From: Mycobacterium sp.
GTDB taxonomy: Bacteria > Actinomycetota > Actinomycetes > RYN-182
Direction of reading: 5' to 3'
DNA length: 48,388 bases
Assembly (NCBI GenBank): GCA_025965515.1
Contig: JAOPWU010000002.1
Span: 1-48,388, forward strand
Below, piece after piece: positions 47,739 to 48,388 of this stretch. The notes below the pieces were generated by a model. It made no database searches, was not told the DNA's origin, and worked only from the letters and a program-made list of their open reading frames with translations. Each line of letters opens with the position of its first letter. The first letter of the stretch is position 1. The position numbers were made by a program, and so were the translations under genes.

Positions 47739-48388
47739 ATGACTGACTCTCTGCAGGGAACCGTCGCGCTCGTCACGGGCGCGAGCAGTGGCATCGGCGA
47801 GGCGACGGCGCGGGCGCTCGCGGCCGTCGGCGCGCACGTCGCGGTGGCCGCCCGGCGCAAGGACCGGCTCGACGACCTGGTGGCCCGGATCGCCGGGGAC
47901 GGCGGCAGCGCCACCGCCTACGAGGTCGACATCACCGCGGACCGGGCACCGGCCGACCTGGTGCGCCAGGTCGTGGACGGGCTCGGTCGGCTCGACACGC
48001 TGGTGAACAACGCCGGCGTCATGTTACTGGGGCCCGCAGCCGACGCGCCGTACGACGAGTGGCGGCGCATGGTCGATCTGAACCTCACGGCGCTGCTGGC
48101 GACCACGCACGCCGCGCTGCCGCACCTGGTGAAGGCGGCGGACGACGAGCCGCGCCGGGTCGCCGACCTCGTCAACGTCAGCAGCGTCGCCGGCCGCGTA
48201 CCCCGCGCCGGCAGCGGCGTCTACAACGCGACCAAGTTCGGGGTGGGCGCCTTCAGCGAGTCCCTGCGGCAGGAGTTCTCGAGCAAGCATCTGCGCGTGT
48301 CCCTCATCGAGCCCGGCGCCGTCGAGACCGAACTCGCGTCGCACGTGCGCGCCGAGGTCCGGGAGGCGATGACGAAGCGCTTCGCGGG
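47739..48388 (+). CDS. Short-chain dehydrogenase/reductase (3' end runs off the window)
   Basis: Manual translation: ALVTGASSGIG, AARRKDRL, LVNNAG, NVSS, YNATK, IEPG. Not in the supplied ORF track because it has no stop in the window. Confidence 0.93.
   Translation, partial: MTDSLQGTVALVTGASSGIGEATARALAAVGAHVAVAARRKDRLDDLVARIAGDGGSATAYEVDITADRAPADLVRQVVDGLGRLDTLVNNAGVMLLGPAADAPYDEWRRMVDLNLTALLATTHAALPHLVKAADDEPRRVADLVNVSSVAGRVPRAGSGVYNATKFGVGAFSESLRQEFSSKHLRVSLIEPGAVETELASHVRAEVREAMTKRFA

Overview
High-GC (visually about 75%) actinobacterial chromosomal segment, densely coding, with about 45 genes. I saw no rRNA, tRNA, CRISPR array, transposase, integrase or phage genes. The left part holds core-type genes: DUF3710-dut-PaaI, suhB, acnA divergent from a TamR-like MarR with two operator palindromes, a two-gene acyl-CoA dehydrogenase pair, and glgC/glgM-ppgK. 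The middle and right are accessory: secreted or lipoproteins, a TetR + acyl-CoA ligase + acyltransferase-3 unit, a coiled-coil protein + DUF5685 protein with a CYSTM-like Pro/Tyr/Cys tail, a dienelactone hydrolase + DUF6295-like pair, a mocA-paoABC-like molybdoenzyme operon, an anti-sigma-type HATPase coupled to an uncharacterised partner, and a general-stress-type cluster (DsbA, DUF2795, DUF2267-PCD fusion, SDR). Regulatory signals read from the DNA include many probable leaderless promoters, several SigB/SigF-like promoters, CRP-like boxes and a probable CTG start codon. All family calls come from recognising motifs by eye, not from database searches.
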